DNA of 62,811 nt, filler included, from Stramenopiles sp. TOSAG23-3 (GCA_900128585.1; 5 parts of 5 records of this genome joined end to end with filler, not necessarily neighbours in it), one strand, 5' to 3'. Positions 1 to 11,654 are shown, counted from the first letter of the whole stretch. The notes: generated by a model from the sequence alone, not told the origin. Numbers and translations are program-made.

Positions 1-21
1 ATATCAAAAACGAATTAAATT

Positions 22-95
22 GGCTGTTATTAAGTAATTAAAATGTATCGTCTTCATGTACCGCGAAAAAGAATCTGCTCCTTTTGTCCATTAAA
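22..95 (+). repeat. Dispersed repeat family B; inverted homolog at about 52234-52310
   Basis: ggctgttatt...gaatctgctccttttgtccattaaa shared in reverse complement. Confidence 0.8.
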
Positions 96-1041
96 AATAA
101 ATATTATCAATTAGTAAAATATTTCGTAATACCGCTTCTTCACAATTGTTTTTCTTACATATAGGGAGTACATTCTTCAACTTCAAACTTCAACGCCACA
201 TAACCTCCACTTTTTACGTATTTTGCTTCCTCATCTAGAATTAAGTACTCCCTATATGTTTATACTTAAATGTTGTATACGCTATGCTGTGTGCATTAAA
301 AGTTCATACGGCCGATACCTGCAACCTCCATACCGGGGTACCGCACCAGCATTAAAAAATTTAGACAAAATTAGACTTATAATTCTAATATATATTCAAA
401 TAATACATATACAGTATTGAATTATTAGAATTATTGAGATAGATTTATTTAAAGACACCACCTCTTTTTTTGGTGTGATGATTGGAAGGAAGAAAAAAGA
501 CGACGAAAACGAAGGAAGAAAAAAGACGACGAAGTCTTTCTTCTGTGTAACAGTAAAATTATACCCTCCTATGGTATTGCCATGTAGTAAGAAGTGCGGA
601 GGCGACGGGTGGTATTGTTGTTGTGGCCGGCCGATATGGCGCGGTGGTGGTGTGCTTTTTATAATACTGGTACAGCAGCAGGATAATTAGCTAATAAAAA
701 ATAAGAGGACGAATATAATAATAAAAAAATATTAATATAATAATAATATAATAATAAATGAATAGATGTGTGTTACTACGATAATTTATTATATTATTAT
801 TTACTCTTTTGTTGTTTGTGGATTACTTTAATTGTTGCTTCGTTTCAATACAGTGTACTTGCAGGTAACAAGGGTACGCGTTCACAACACCCAAGATAAT
901 TATTAGAACTTCAACGAGTGTTGAAAGGGACGAAAGAGCGTGCTACGTTTCCTACACTTACCCCTTGGTAGTCTTTATCACTTGCGGAGTAAGTAACGAG
1001 GCTGTTGCCACCACGCGTTGGTGTCTTCTACCATAAGCAGT

Positions 1042-3708
1042 ATGTCTGACGGGGGGGCTAATCCTGCCATGAGCGTGGCCCTTGCTGCTTCTGTCGTTGC
1101 AGGGGCAATGTCGTGGTACAATACAACAAAAAACATGAAGATGATTGAGGAAAATACGGAAAACATTGTTGTCGCAGCAGATGGTGCGTACCAGGAACGA
1201 CTTAAGGCTGAGCTTGGCAAAGTCGAAGACGTCCACAAAGATCGCTTGAAAGTTCACGAAGACAAGGCCGAGAATCTCAAATTCGACATTGAGAGAGAGC
1301 GGGAATTCTCCGAAAAGTTGCGCGCGGACATGGATGCAGAAGTACAAAAACGACAGGAGTGCGAGCGTAAAATAGAAGAGTTAAAAATTGCAATGGAGGA
1401 AGCCTTGAAGGTTCAAAAGGCTGTTTTATCGAAAAAGTTCGCCGAAAAGCTGGAAAAGGCGGCGGCAGACCATGCGCGAACGCTGGAGGCAGTGCAGCAA
1501 GACCACGACACAAAAATTATAGGATTAATGAAAGAGAAGTCAGAGATGGTAGAGTACTACAATCAGCAAACAAATGATTTGGCGGAGAGTCAGCAAAATT
1601 TACGGGAAACTCACACAGAAGAAATAGCAGCGAGGAGACGCCAGTTCGAGCTTCTGCAGCAGTCTTTGAAAGACTTGGCTGAAACTTTGGAGCTAGAGCG
1701 TGCGGCTCACGCCAAGGCAAAAGTGGAGCACGAAAGGTCCCTGCAAGTGCATGCAGAGAGCTTGGTGAACATAAAACATTCACACGCCGAGCACATGAGG
1801 AGTGTAAAGGAATCTCACGGGGAGGCAATCACAAAATTAGAAGCCCAGACAAATGCCCACAACAGCCACTTGGAGGAAATCCACGACCACCACAACCGAA
1901 AAATTGATGCGAAGCACGAGGAGATGCAAGGCGTGCATGTTATACATTCGAAAAAAATGGACGCGTTGCAGAAAAATCATGAACTTGACATCGCATCATT
2001 AAAGAGCAATCATAAAATGGAGATAGAACAAGCGTTCGACAGCAGGAGGGCTCTTGAAGTGGAGCACCGAAAGGCTTTGGAAGGGGCCAAAGGCGAGTGC
2101 GACCGTGCATTGCAAGACCTGGAAACTTTGCACAAAAGCTCGATAGCAAAGAAAGATAGGGAAATAAAAGAATTAAACGAGTTGCACAATTCTGTGGTCT
2201 CCAAGTATAGCCAAAAGCACGACGAAATTTTGCAAGAGGAACGCGACAGCCACGACAAGTACGTCGAGCGAGCGGAAAGCAAGAGGGCACAGCTCGAGGC
2301 CGAGCTCGAAGCCGAACACAAAAAGTGCAAAGCGTTGCAGTCCGTGCATGAAAGTGCCTTGGAGGACGTTCGGGACGAGCTCGAGAAAAAAATGAAGCAG
2401 CTGCGAAACCAGCTAAAAACCGCTAAATCCATGCACGCAGAGGAATTGGAAGAGTTGGAAAGCAGCCATTCTATAAAACTAAAGAATACTGACACGGCCC
2501 ACAAGTCGCTGTTAGAAACAATTGACGGTTTGAACATTACGTTGAAGCAGAGGGAGGCAGACTATGTCGTTTTGAAGCAGTCCATAGAATTTCGTTGGAA
2601 AGAATCAGAGGAAATACACGGCGAGGAGATTGCGCAAGTGAAGGCCCAGCGAGATAAGTTAAAGCAGATGCACCAAGAAGCTAGAGAAGAGCTCGAGTTG
2701 CGGCACAAGATGGAAGTGGACAGGATCAGGAGCGCACACGCGGAGAGCCAGTCCAAAGCCGAGCTCCTGGAAACGGAGTTGAAGGACGCAGAATCTAGAG
2801 TAGATTCCCTCAAGGGCACAGCGGAGGGTCTCCGCAACAGTCTGGAGGAGAGCAACGAAAAAAACGAAAATGTACAGAAACAAATCATGTCAGACCGAGA
2901 AACCCATAGGCAGAAGCTGGAGGTAGCCGCGCAGCAGGAGACCTTATTTATGGACACCATTGTAAATATAAAGGCTGAAAATGAGGGGCTTCATGCCAAG
3001 ATAAATTCCTTGGTCCAGCAGACCGAACAGCTTGAGCAATTGGCGACGGAGCTGAAGGCAAACTCCGTTCGAGACGCTAGGAAGGCCATCGAAAGCGTTA
3101 AAAAGTTGCAATTCGTAAAAACAGACGCAGAAGCAAGACTCGAGGAGGTGAAAAAGAAGCACGAGAACGATTTGGCAGAGCAGACAAAACAGTACTCGGC
3201 ACAGTTGCTGAAAATTTTTCCACGGGAACGGTTGGAAGACGAGGAGCACCCAGCAGCTCGGGTCTCGCTGTTCATTGCAATGCTGCTAGCGGGAGAAACG
3301 ATTTGTCAGGGGGTGGGAACAATTAAGGAAAAACGGCTAGTCTCATTTTTGAAACAGATCAACTCACCGTTGTTTCTGCCAAGCCAAGATGCAGCTTCTT
3401 TGGCGTCGTCCCTGGTGACCGAACTCAGTCCAGCTTCCAACCGGGGGTCCCGAACGGTCGGAGCGAGCCAGTTTGCACAGTACTTGCTTGCGAAGTTGAG
3501 TAACCACCCTTTAAGTTTGGAAAAGTTGCGAACTATTGCACTTGCAAGCTACTTGTCCCTCGATAAGAGCTCTCCAAAAACTGTTGTCGACATGTCACCG
3601 GCCAGCAAAGCGGCAAAACGGGAGTTTTACGAAAACAACATAAGGCTTCATCGAAAGAAAGCGGAAGAAAGCGGAGAAATAAAGTTGGCACTCGAAGAAA
3701 TCGAGTGA
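1042..3708 (+). CDS. Long coiled-coil protein with N-terminal hydrophobic anchor, function unknown
   Basis: 896-aa ORF (first ATG 1042); hydrophobic VALAASVVAGAMSWY, then about 700 aa of E/K/Q/H-rich heptad sequence. Confidence 0.8.
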   Translation: MSDGGANPAMSVALAASVVAGAMSWYNTTKNMKMIEENTENIVVAADGAYQERLKAELGKVEDVHKDRLKVHEDKAENLKFDIEREREFSEKLRADMDAEVQKRQECERKIEELKIAMEEALKVQKAVLSKKFAEKLEKAAADHARTLEAVQQDHDTKIIGLMKEKSEMVEYYNQQTNDLAESQQNLRETHTEEIAARRRQFELLQQSLKDLAETLELERAAHAKAKVEHERSLQVHAESLVNIKHSHAEHMRSVKESHGEAITKLEAQTNAHNSHLEEIHDHHNRKIDAKHEEMQGVHVIHSKKMDALQKNHELDIASLKSNHKMEIEQAFDSRRALEVEHRKALEGAKGECDRALQDLETLHKSSIAKKDREIKELNELHNSVVSKYSQKHDEILQEERDSHDKYVERAESKRAQLEAELEAEHKKCKALQSVHESALEDVRDELEKKMKQLRNQLKTAKSMHAEELEELESSHSIKLKNTDTAHKSLLETIDGLNITLKQREADYVVLKQSIEFRWKESEEIHGEEIAQVKAQRDKLKQMHQEAREELELRHKMEVDRIRSAHAESQSKAELLETELKDAESRVDSLKGTAEGLRNSLEESNEKNENVQKQIMSDRETHRQKLEVAAQQETLFMDTIVNIKAENEGLHAKINSLVQQTEQLEQLATELKANSVRDARKAIESVKKLQFVKTDAEARLEEVKKKHENDLAEQTKQYSAQLLKIFPRERLEDEEHPAARVSLFIAMLLAGETICQGVGTIKEKRLVSFLKQINSPLFLPSQDAASLASSLVTELSPASNRGSRTVGASQFAQYLLAKLSNHPLSLEKLRTIALASYLSLDKSSPKTVVDMSPASKAAKREFYENNIRLHRKKAEESGEIKLALEEIE

Positions 3709-3924
3709 GTGAGATGAAGAGAGTTCAAAATGTAAGAATTGGACAAAGGAACAAACTCGCGCTAACTAAATTGAAAACCTGCGACAACGTGTTTCACTGT
3801 TCTAAAAACCCTTTAAATCGAGATGTTTCTAACTTTCACTGTGTAGCTAATAAATAAATGTGCGTGAATTTATAAATGTGTTAAAAAACAAATTATTAAA
3901 TATTAATAGTAACATATGCTAATC

Positions 3925-3988
3925 TTGAGAGTCTTAAAACATACTATATAATTAGTTTTTTTTTAATAGTATGCTTTAAGACTCTCAA
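3925..3988. repeat. Palindromic dispersed element, family A (hairpin)
   Basis: ttgagagtcttaaaacatactat / atagtatgctttaagactctcaa inverted arms. Confidence 0.85.
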
Positions 3989-4174
3989 AGGATATATATT
4001 AAAGAGGTCTAATATAATTTTTTTTTGTTTTGTTTAAAGTCAACATATTGCCAATCGCTAAAAGTCTGGCCAAAATTATTTATCGAAGAGTGTTCCGCGC
4101 TGCTTCCTATTGCTCTTCAATACTTTAAAATTGAGAAAATGTTTAATTATGTACACGCCAAACCGTCCAGCTCT

Positions 4175-4780
4175 TTATACTTCCCCGTTGCAGCAGCCCT
4201 GCTCGCGACACCAGACCGCACTCGCGCCGAATAGAGGGCCGTACATTTCGTACAGTTTTCCAATGTCATCTTTGGCCGCTTTTGCTCCACTCGCAATGTC
4301 TTCGCAGACACCTTTTGCTCCCATCATATACTGCTGGCAAGAATCCACATCAGGCTGCCAGTAAGCCGCCCACGCTGCGTTCATACAAAACCCGCAGAGT
4401 GCAGTCTTGGGGGCACATTTTGCCGTGCTACCAACAATTTTAGTCGCCGAAACACCCGCCAAAAAGTCACACTTGCACCCACCGATCTTCATCTTTTGTT
4501 TCAAATGTTGTGCTATTGAATGGTCTACTGTGTGTTTGTTTGCAAATCTGACGTCTTTCAATATTTCCGAGGCAGATTGCGGCAATACTTTCGAGAAAGG
4601 CTTTGGGGGATGGAACTCCTTCTCTTTCTTGACCATTTCTCTATAGGCACTTATTTGTCGTTTATGATGTTTCCGAATTGAAAAGTGTTTCAGAAAAGCC
4701 ATGGAGCCCCGGGCCTGCTGTACGCAGCCGAACAGAAAGACGACAAAAAGAACGCACGGAAGTGTTCCTATCACCTTCAT
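4175..4780 (-). CDS. Secreted Cys-rich protein with C-terminal saposin-like (SAPLIP) domain
   Basis: ATG 4780 gives signal peptide MKVIGTLPCVLFVVFLFGCVQQARG; C-terminal pattern CGFC-x15-C-x10-C-x~31-C-x5-C. Confidence 0.65.
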   Translation of the reverse strand: MKVIGTLPCVLFVVFLFGCVQQARGSMAFLKHFSIRKHHKRQISAYREMVKKEKEFHPPKPFSKVLPQSASEILKDVRFANKHTVDHSIAQHLKQKMKIGGCKCDFLAGVSATKIVGSTAKCAPKTALCGFCMNAAWAAYWQPDVDSCQQYMMGAKGVCEDIASGAKAAKDDIGKLYEMYGPLFGASAVWCREQGCCNGEV

Positions 4781-6298
4781 GATTATGTACTGAGCCACAA
4801 GGCAATGGATACCAATACCAACAACGCAGTAGTAAAATGCACCTTGTTCAAACAACAATCGTTTTCTTCTTACCCTCCTCCCTTCTCTTACAATATTTCA
4901 ATTTCTAAAATTCTTCAAAACAAGAGAAGTGCAATATATTCTAAATCGTAAAACGTAAATATTCTCATAAGAAGAATTTCTACAAATGACAAAACAAAAA
5001 AGAAGCAACCACCACGCACGAACCATCATACTAAATATGAAATATTGTACACTACATATTTACTTCATAAACAATACAATATTATATAAATTATAGCAAT
5101 CATATAGTCGTATACCTACCTCTACATAATTATATAAAAAAATCTAAAATCATCATATAAGCATAATAAATACATTTCACATTCATATTTAATCGTATAA
5201 CATATAATTTAGACTCCGCCCTGCCCCTGCTGCCCTTATTCCCTCATATTTTTTGTCTTCTACTATTTTTTTCCCCTTCTCCTTCTCCTTTCTCCCTTCC
5301 TCTTCTCCTTCTCCTTTCTCCCTTCCTTTTTCTTCCCTTTCCTTTCCTTTCCTTCTTTTGATTTATGATATAGGATTATTTTTATTACAAGTATATAATT
5401 ATATTATAGTTATAGTATGTTAGCTCATACCATAAATGGATTTGCATCTTCTGTGAACACAACACTTTTTTCTTCTTCTCATTCTCAACTGTAGCGCTAT
5501 ATACCAGTAATATAATGTACAATAATATAAATTACATATTTTAAATTAATATTTATATTGAGTACTGTTTTATTCACACTGTGTACACCTTAATTATATA
5601 TTATAATAGTAAAGGATTTACGATCCAACCTAAATGATTTCTATGCTGTGTGATGTATAACTTATTAGTTATTAGCATCAATTCCAATAATTTCTTTGTG
5701 TTTCGTTTATTTATTGTTTTTAAATCATCACGTTCCGTAGTAGTAGTATTAATACCTTGTAGTGCCCTCCTCCTCCTCCTCCTCCTCTCTCTCGGTTGTT
5801 GTAGTACCGTACCGTACCGTAATAATAGACTATAATAGCGTATTTTTTTATTATTATTATTATATAATTTATTATTTTTTTTTTTACTATTACTTTTTTT
5901 TTGTGTTTGTTTTTGTTTTTTCTCTTCGTTCTTTCCCGTTCCGTTTTATTTGTATTGATTAACCAATCAACGTACAAATGAATTACTAGGAAGAAGTGTA
6001 CCGACGCAGTATTTACGCGCGAAAACAGTTATCGTTCGTTATTAGCCGAACGTTATCTGTTGAAAATAACGGGAGTATAAGGTTCGGAATCAATACCCCC
6101 CCGGCCCGGCACGTTTGAGTTTACTGTATACCGAGGAGAAGACCGTTTACAGACGGCCGGTGGCGTTTGAGGACATTTGAATAGGTTGCCCGTAGGCGCG
6201 GTAACGTAGCACCTTGGTCTCGCACATACACAAGCTGTGGCGTTTGTGGCTTGCCAATAGACAAATACAAGTACATTATTTTTTCGTAGGGGGGTAAG

Positions 6299-7321
6299 AT
6301 GGCTCATAAGGCATTGGACTCTGGGGAAGAAAAGTCCAAATTTTTATTTCCTCTCAGCACACGCGTTCAAGAGGGCCACGAGCCCTGCACGGCGGAGGCT
6401 TTGGTGAAAGCCGCTGGCCTGGGGGCCGAAGATTTGTTGGTGGACAATAGAATGCGCCGCGGCAAGTGGACGAAGGAGGAAGAGGATTATGCAAATAAAA
6501 TAATAAAGAATTTTCACGAGGGGTTGATCCCGGATGCCCAGACGGGGATCACCTTGCGTAGTCTGCTAGCGGATAGACTGCTCTGCGATCCGATGAGGAT
6601 AAGCAAGAAGTTTGCGGGCGACTCGTGCGTCGGAAAGCAGGTGTACTCCGAAAATAAGAAGGCGGTGCCCGCGGAAAAACTGAATGCACGGAAGATCGTC
6701 CAGGAAGCGGCTCGCCAGGTGTTTTTCGCAAAGGTAAGGAATCAGAACAAAAGGGCGTCGAGTGCCCGGAATAGGACGGGAGCAAAGAAGCGTTCCCCCG
6801 CAGTGAAGGGTCGACAGGGCAAGAGAGCCGCTCTCGGCTCCGCCCGAGCCAGCGCGGAAAAAGATCGTGGGGAGGCGAAGCACGCGTCGAAGACAAAGTC
6901 GTTCAATCCTTTGCTAGGTGGTAACTTGTTACAATACACGGACCATGAAATAGAAGCGGACGGGATCGCACCCCCCGAAACCAAACCGACGAAACAAACG
7001 AAGAAGCGGCGGAACGCGAACGGCCAGACAAAACCTCGGGGGGCAGCCGGGGGAAGCAGCGCCCAGGCGACGGGCTCGGGGAAGGCCGCCACTCATCCCG
7101 GGGCGAAGAAGAAGCGCGCAGGGAATGCCACTAGTGGTTCAAAAAAGAAGGGAAAATCTGTTAGCAAAAAACTGGGGGAAGTAAAGGGAAGCATGATACA
7201 AAGTGAGAGTGTCTTGTGTTTACAATCCTACATTGGAAAACGAAAGGCTCGCGACCTTGACGTGGACACGACGATGTTCCACCCAGACAACGAAGAAGAA
7301 ATCCTTGGTGTGCAATTTTGA
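6299..7321 (+). CDS. Myb-like/stramenopile-type putative transcription factor
   Basis: RRGKWTKEEEDYANKII...TLRSLLADRLLCDPMRISKKFAG motif that I recognise from diatom/oomycete proteins; basic NLS-like tail. Confidence 0.75.
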   Translation: MAHKALDSGEEKSKFLFPLSTRVQEGHEPCTAEALVKAAGLGAEDLLVDNRMRRGKWTKEEEDYANKIIKNFHEGLIPDAQTGITLRSLLADRLLCDPMRISKKFAGDSCVGKQVYSENKKAVPAEKLNARKIVQEAARQVFFAKVRNQNKRASSARNRTGAKKRSPAVKGRQGKRAALGSARASAEKDRGEAKHASKTKSFNPLLGGNLLQYTDHEIEADGIAPPETKPTKQTKKRRNANGQTKPRGAAGGSSAQATGSGKAATHPGAKKKRAGNATSGSKKKGKSVSKKLGEVKGSMIQSESVLCLQSYIGKRKARDLDVDTTMFHPDNEEEILGVQF

Positions 7322-7669
7322 TAATAAAACCATTATATAGGCAATGTGTACTTATATTATCTCTTATATATAAAGGATAGCAACATCAAAACTTGTTTTT
7401 CTTCTCACAATTGTAGTGTAGAGTATTTTACAAGTACGTAAATAAGCATACATTAGATAGGCACATCTGTTCGAAAATAAAATCTCAAAACAATAACAGG
7501 CAATAGCATACAAAATAAGAAAATAAGAGAAAAATATATATTTTTAGGTTTTTTTTTCCTTCTTTTTTTCCAACAAAATTATACTGTACTAGCTGCTGCT
7601 GCCTGTCGGGATTTTATGATGATTGATGATTCTTTTTTCTCTACGATAATCTTCTCTCTCCGCCTCTTC

Positions 7670-7737
7670 TTCTTTCTTTCTTTCTTTTTTAGATTTCTTT
7701 CTTTCTTTTTTAGATTTCTTTGTTTCTTTTTTAGATT

Positions 7738-7813
<76 letters not shown>

Positions 7814-7850
7814 TTCGACTCTTTCTTTCGACTCTTTCTTTCGACCTCTT
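7670..7850. repeat. (TTTC)n microsatellite with TTCGACTCT units
   Basis: Directly visible tandem tetranucleotide run. Confidence 0.9.
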
Positions 7851-8197
7851 TTTTTTTCTTTCTTCTTTTTTTTCTTTTTTTTTTCTTTTTTATTAGTTAT
7901 TCTACCAAACTATAATATACTTACTATACTATTATTATGTAATTAATTGTTAAATTATATGATATTATTTATTAATATCTATTTATTATTATTATTATTA
8001 CTGGCAATTACACCACACTCTAAAATTCGGTACCGGTATAATATTAATACTGGTGCCCGTGTGTGGAAATAATGTTGATTCGTAATTCACCACTAGGCAC
8101 GGTTTGCATTTACCCCGTCTTTTGTCAGCCGGTTTTCCCATTCTGTGTATTAGAAGTTCGGACTTGGCTTTATAAGTATAGTAGCGTGATAAACAAT

Positions 8198-8749
8198 ATG
8201 TCGGAGCACGAGGTCCTTGAAAAGGACAAATGTGAACACCCTGAATGCACGTACTCGACAAGCGAAAGTGTCAACTGTTCGAACGTTAACGGCAATTTCA
8301 GGTGTGAAAAGTTGAGAAGAATTTTTCGGCAATGCCCTAATAAACCAAGGACCGAGGTCTTTCGATCGAGAAAAAGTGATGAAGGGAGCGATGAAATGCT
8401 TGGGGAAGCTGAGAGTGCTGGGAGGGAGTTGATGGAGGGCTTGTTGCCGCCTGGCTTTGGTCGCATTTTTGGACGGGGGGATAGAGGGGACGAGGCCGGA
8501 GGTGGTTTTTTTGGCGGGGGGATGAGCCCATTCAGAATGTTCGAAGAATTTGAAAGGGCCATATCAGGCCAAATGGAGGAGCATAGGAAACGCGGCGGTG
8601 GGCACGACGGGGGCGAGGAACGGGAGTACCAGCGGGGGTTCCACGTGCGGCCTCCTCACGCCACGCAAGGCGCCGAGGGGAACACGAACCGCGCCAAGGT
8701 CCCTCCGACACACTACCGGCAGTATGAAAAGGGTGCTACTGAGTTATGA
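8198..8749 (+). CDS. Small protein resembling plant Mal d 1/Fra a 1-associated protein
   Basis: C-x-rich N-terminus with RCEKLRRIFRQCPNKPRTEV, then Gly/Phe-rich region; ATG 8198; family call from memory. Confidence 0.5.
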   Translation: MSEHEVLEKDKCEHPECTYSTSESVNCSNVNGNFRCEKLRRIFRQCPNKPRTEVFRSRKSDEGSDEMLGEAESAGRELMEGLLPPGFGRIFGRGDRGDEAGGGFFGGGMSPFRMFEEFERAISGQMEEHRKRGGGHDGGEEREYQRGFHVRPPHATQGAEGNTNRAKVPPTHYRQYEKGATEL

Positions 8750-8753
8750 CACA

Positions 8754-8887
8754 TACGACATTAATTTTCTACTAAAGACGATTGTACATTTACATGAGAG
8801 GTTAATTTTTTTGGCGCGTGTATGACTTTAATTTTCTACTAAATACGATTGTACATTTACAGGAGAGGTTAATTTTTTTGGCGCGTG
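8754..8887. repeat. 67-bp tandem duplication between convergent genes
   Basis: 8754-8820 and 8821-8887 near-identical (a few substitutions). Confidence 0.9.
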
Positions 8888-8898
8888 TGTTTTGTTCT

Positions 8899-11166
8899 TC
8901 ATTTCTCGTGTTTCTGCCAGTTCGGGGACACTTCCGTGAGCAAATCGATGTACTTCTTCTTCGCATCGTTAGGGGACATTCCCTTGTACTTCTTCCACCC
9001 ATCCCACTTTGCCGCACCCACAGGGTCAACGAAGCCGCTGGGTCTTGAAGTTCCCTTGTTATCCCCCACACTAGCCTGCTTGAAAAGGCCATAGAAATCA
9101 ACTTTTTGTGCATTTGACAACGACTTCTCTTTACGAACCCGAAGCGTAGCCAAGGCGAACAGGGCCTGCCAATCTGCGAGTTTTTCTTCCCTCGGGCTGC
9201 TCTGCGATTCCACTTCTCTTTTGCTTACGGAACGTTTTGACCCCGCACCCGAGTACGGTTCTTCTTCCCTCTGCACGCTATCTTTCGCAACTTCGTCCTC
9301 ACTCTTTACTACCGTGCACCCTTCTGGGGCAACGAAACCTTCAGGGTCCGGCAGGCCTCCGTCTTTCCCATCCAGAAAAGAGCCTTCAACGGGGGGCGTC
9401 TTGCGCACCTTAATGAGGTCACAAACCGTTGGCTCTTTCCCTTGCGCATATGTCTTAATCACCTGACTGATCCATTTCCCCCCGTTCTTTAGTACCTGGT
9501 GGTCCACAATCCGAATCTGTTTGGTTGTGTTGTTCGTGTCCGATATAATAAGCCCTTTCTCTGGCACAAACGAATGGGTGAGAAAAACGTCGCTGCCCTC
9601 TTTGTCCTTCAAATGGTAGGTTTTCCCGTCCAGAGGGTACGTGCGGTCTTCATTGTCCGGGGTAATCTTTTTCCCACCATTTCCAAGGTGCAAAGTACGC
9701 TTTATGCCGTAAAGGGTGTGCTGCGTCTTGGTCTCTGTGGCCATGGCAAGGGCAATTTTACGCATAGCCCAATTCAGACCGATGGCAATCATCATCGGCT
9801 CTGTCGTGGTTTTCGATAGCTTTCGGTCAATGGCCCAGGTCCCGGAGTGGTTCATATACACTGGGTCGGCCTGCGGCACGACGAGGATTTCCGCGCTGGA
9901 GCCCATTTGCTCTTCGTATGCATTGAATATTACGGCATATTGACTATTTACATTCTTTGAACCTTCCGGATTTTCAGATCCCGGGACTGGCGGGGTGGTG
10001 GCACCCTCGGACTTTATCAGAACGCTGGCGGACACAACAAAAACGGCCATTCCGACGGACACCTTCTCCACCGAGTAGTCGGTGATCAGGATGTACACGG
10101 CAACGAGCAGGGGCAAGAGAATCCCCAGATAGACCAACGAGCCGAATGATGTCGATTCAATCGTGTCGGCGTCGCCGTTGGCCTGGCCCGGCCCAGTCGT
10201 TTTCCGAAACGACACACTCACTTGCCCCGCCCTGCCAGTACCGTCTGGGCCCCCGGCTTGGTACGCGTCCAGCCACACTTCCCCTGCGAACAGCGCCCGG
10301 TTGCTGTCCAGATTCATGGGCATGTCTACCAAAATGGTCGTCGTGGAAAGGGTGAGCAGCATTTGCTGATCAGGATTAATACTCTCTGCGCCCCCAAGGG
10401 GCAATACACTTCCCCACCGGGCTTCCAAGGCGTTGTTTTCGCTCCCATCGATGCTCACAGACATCAGGCGCACTGCACTGTTTCTGGTGGTGCCAAACGA
10501 CGACGACCTCCCTCCCGAGGCTTGCGGGGTAGTGCTGGGAGTTGGCGCCGACGGGCTTGGGATCAAGCTTACGTGCTGGCCAAGCCGGCTTCGTGCACGG
10601 CTGGAAACCACAGAGACGCTGCCGCTCGAATCCTGTGATCCCTGGGCCAAGGACGCCCCGTCGGACCCAGCCGCTCGACTTCCCGCCAAGGACTTGAGTT
10701 TGTAGAACTCGGACGTTTTCAAAAAATACCGCACAAGTCGCGTTTTGAAAAGGGGTTTGTCCAAAATGATTGCGTTCATGAAGCTGGCAAGGGATATTTT
10801 TCTAGTTGCGATTAATTTTTCGTCTAGGCGATCGGTTAGCCACGTCTTTGGTGGCAGTGCGGGCAAACTGGCGAAGCCGCAAAGGGCTAGCTCACTCTTT
10901 AACTTTACAAAATCACTGTAGCGCCTCGACACCGTCCAGGCGACCTTCCCCCCCTGTCCCCGTGGCGGCAGCGCGTCCAATTGAAGCACATAGTACACGA
11001 CCGATTTATTCTTGTTTTCTTTATCAATGACGACGTCAGAAATGGACACGGAAAACTCATACGATGACTGCACGTTGGGAGTCGGTGCCAGAGACGATGG
11101 TGTGTAGAGCTGCTGGTTTTGTCCACCGAAAGGCCCGTCCGGGGTGTCGGAGCCACCACTGGGCAT
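8899..11166 (-). CDS. PX domain - 2 TM - FABP/lipocalin-like - acyl-CoA-binding (ACBP) protein
   Basis: PX: WTVSRRYSDFVKL...LPALPPK; two hydrophobic helices; NHSGTW...IGLNWAMRKIA; ACBP: FYGLFKQASVGD...KWDGWKKYKGMSPNDAKKKYI. Confidence 0.85.
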   Translation of the reverse strand: MPSGGSDTPDGPFGGQNQQLYTPSSLAPTPNVQSSYEFSVSISDVVIDKENKNKSVVYYVLQLDALPPRGQGGKVAWTVSRRYSDFVKLKSELALCGFASLPALPPKTWLTDRLDEKLIATRKISLASFMNAIILDKPLFKTRLVRYFLKTSEFYKLKSLAGSRAAGSDGASLAQGSQDSSGSVSVVSSRARSRLGQHVSLIPSPSAPTPSTTPQASGGRSSSFGTTRNSAVRLMSVSIDGSENNALEARWGSVLPLGGAESINPDQQMLLTLSTTTILVDMPMNLDSNRALFAGEVWLDAYQAGGPDGTGRAGQVSVSFRKTTGPGQANGDADTIESTSFGSLVYLGILLPLLVAVYILITDYSVEKVSVGMAVFVVSASVLIKSEGATTPPVPGSENPEGSKNVNSQYAVIFNAYEEQMGSSAEILVVPQADPVYMNHSGTWAIDRKLSKTTTEPMMIAIGLNWAMRKIALAMATETKTQHTLYGIKRTLHLGNGGKKITPDNEDRTYPLDGKTYHLKDKEGSDVFLTHSFVPEKGLIISDTNNTTKQIRIVDHQVLKNGGKWISQVIKTYAQGKEPTVCDLIKVRKTPPVEGSFLDGKDGGLPDPEGFVAPEGCTVVKSEDEVAKDSVQREEEPYSGAGSKRSVSKREVESQSSPREEKLADWQALFALATLRVRKEKSLSNAQKVDFYGLFKQASVGDNKGTSRPSGFVDPVGAAKWDGWKKYKGMSPNDAKKKYIDLLTEVSPNWQKHEK

Positions 11167-11621
11167 TGTGCTCTTCGTATTTGTATAAGTTGCACGTACG
11201 TTCCTGGCGAGATGCCTTACAGTTCCGTAACGCAAGAAAGTATACCCTTTCCTTTTTACCACCAATCGAAAGATATGTTCAGAACTGGCGAATTACAATT
11301 AAATATCCACAAAAGCATAAAAATTGATTTTTTTATTTTAATTAAAAAATTTCTTTTTTCTTTCTTTTTTTTTCTTTCTTCTTCTTCTTCTTTTCTTCTT
11401 CTTCTCTTTTTTTTTTCTTCTTCTGGTTGGTCGGTCAGAAGAACGAAGAAGAAGAAAAAACCAGGCGAATACCAGGCAGGCAAACTAAAAACACAATAAA
11501 ATAATACATTGTAATAGCATTGGAACTGATTTACCAAGGGGGTTATCGACGACTATTAATAAAAAATATTATTATTATTATTTTTTTATATTTCGAAATA
11601 AAATAATAATAAAAGTAAAAA

Positions 11622-11654
<33 letters not shown>

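Noticed and set aside
989-1040. Possible GTAAGT...CAG intron before the first gene
   Set aside because: The upstream in-frame sequence hits a stop; at most a 5'-UTR intron, unverifiable here
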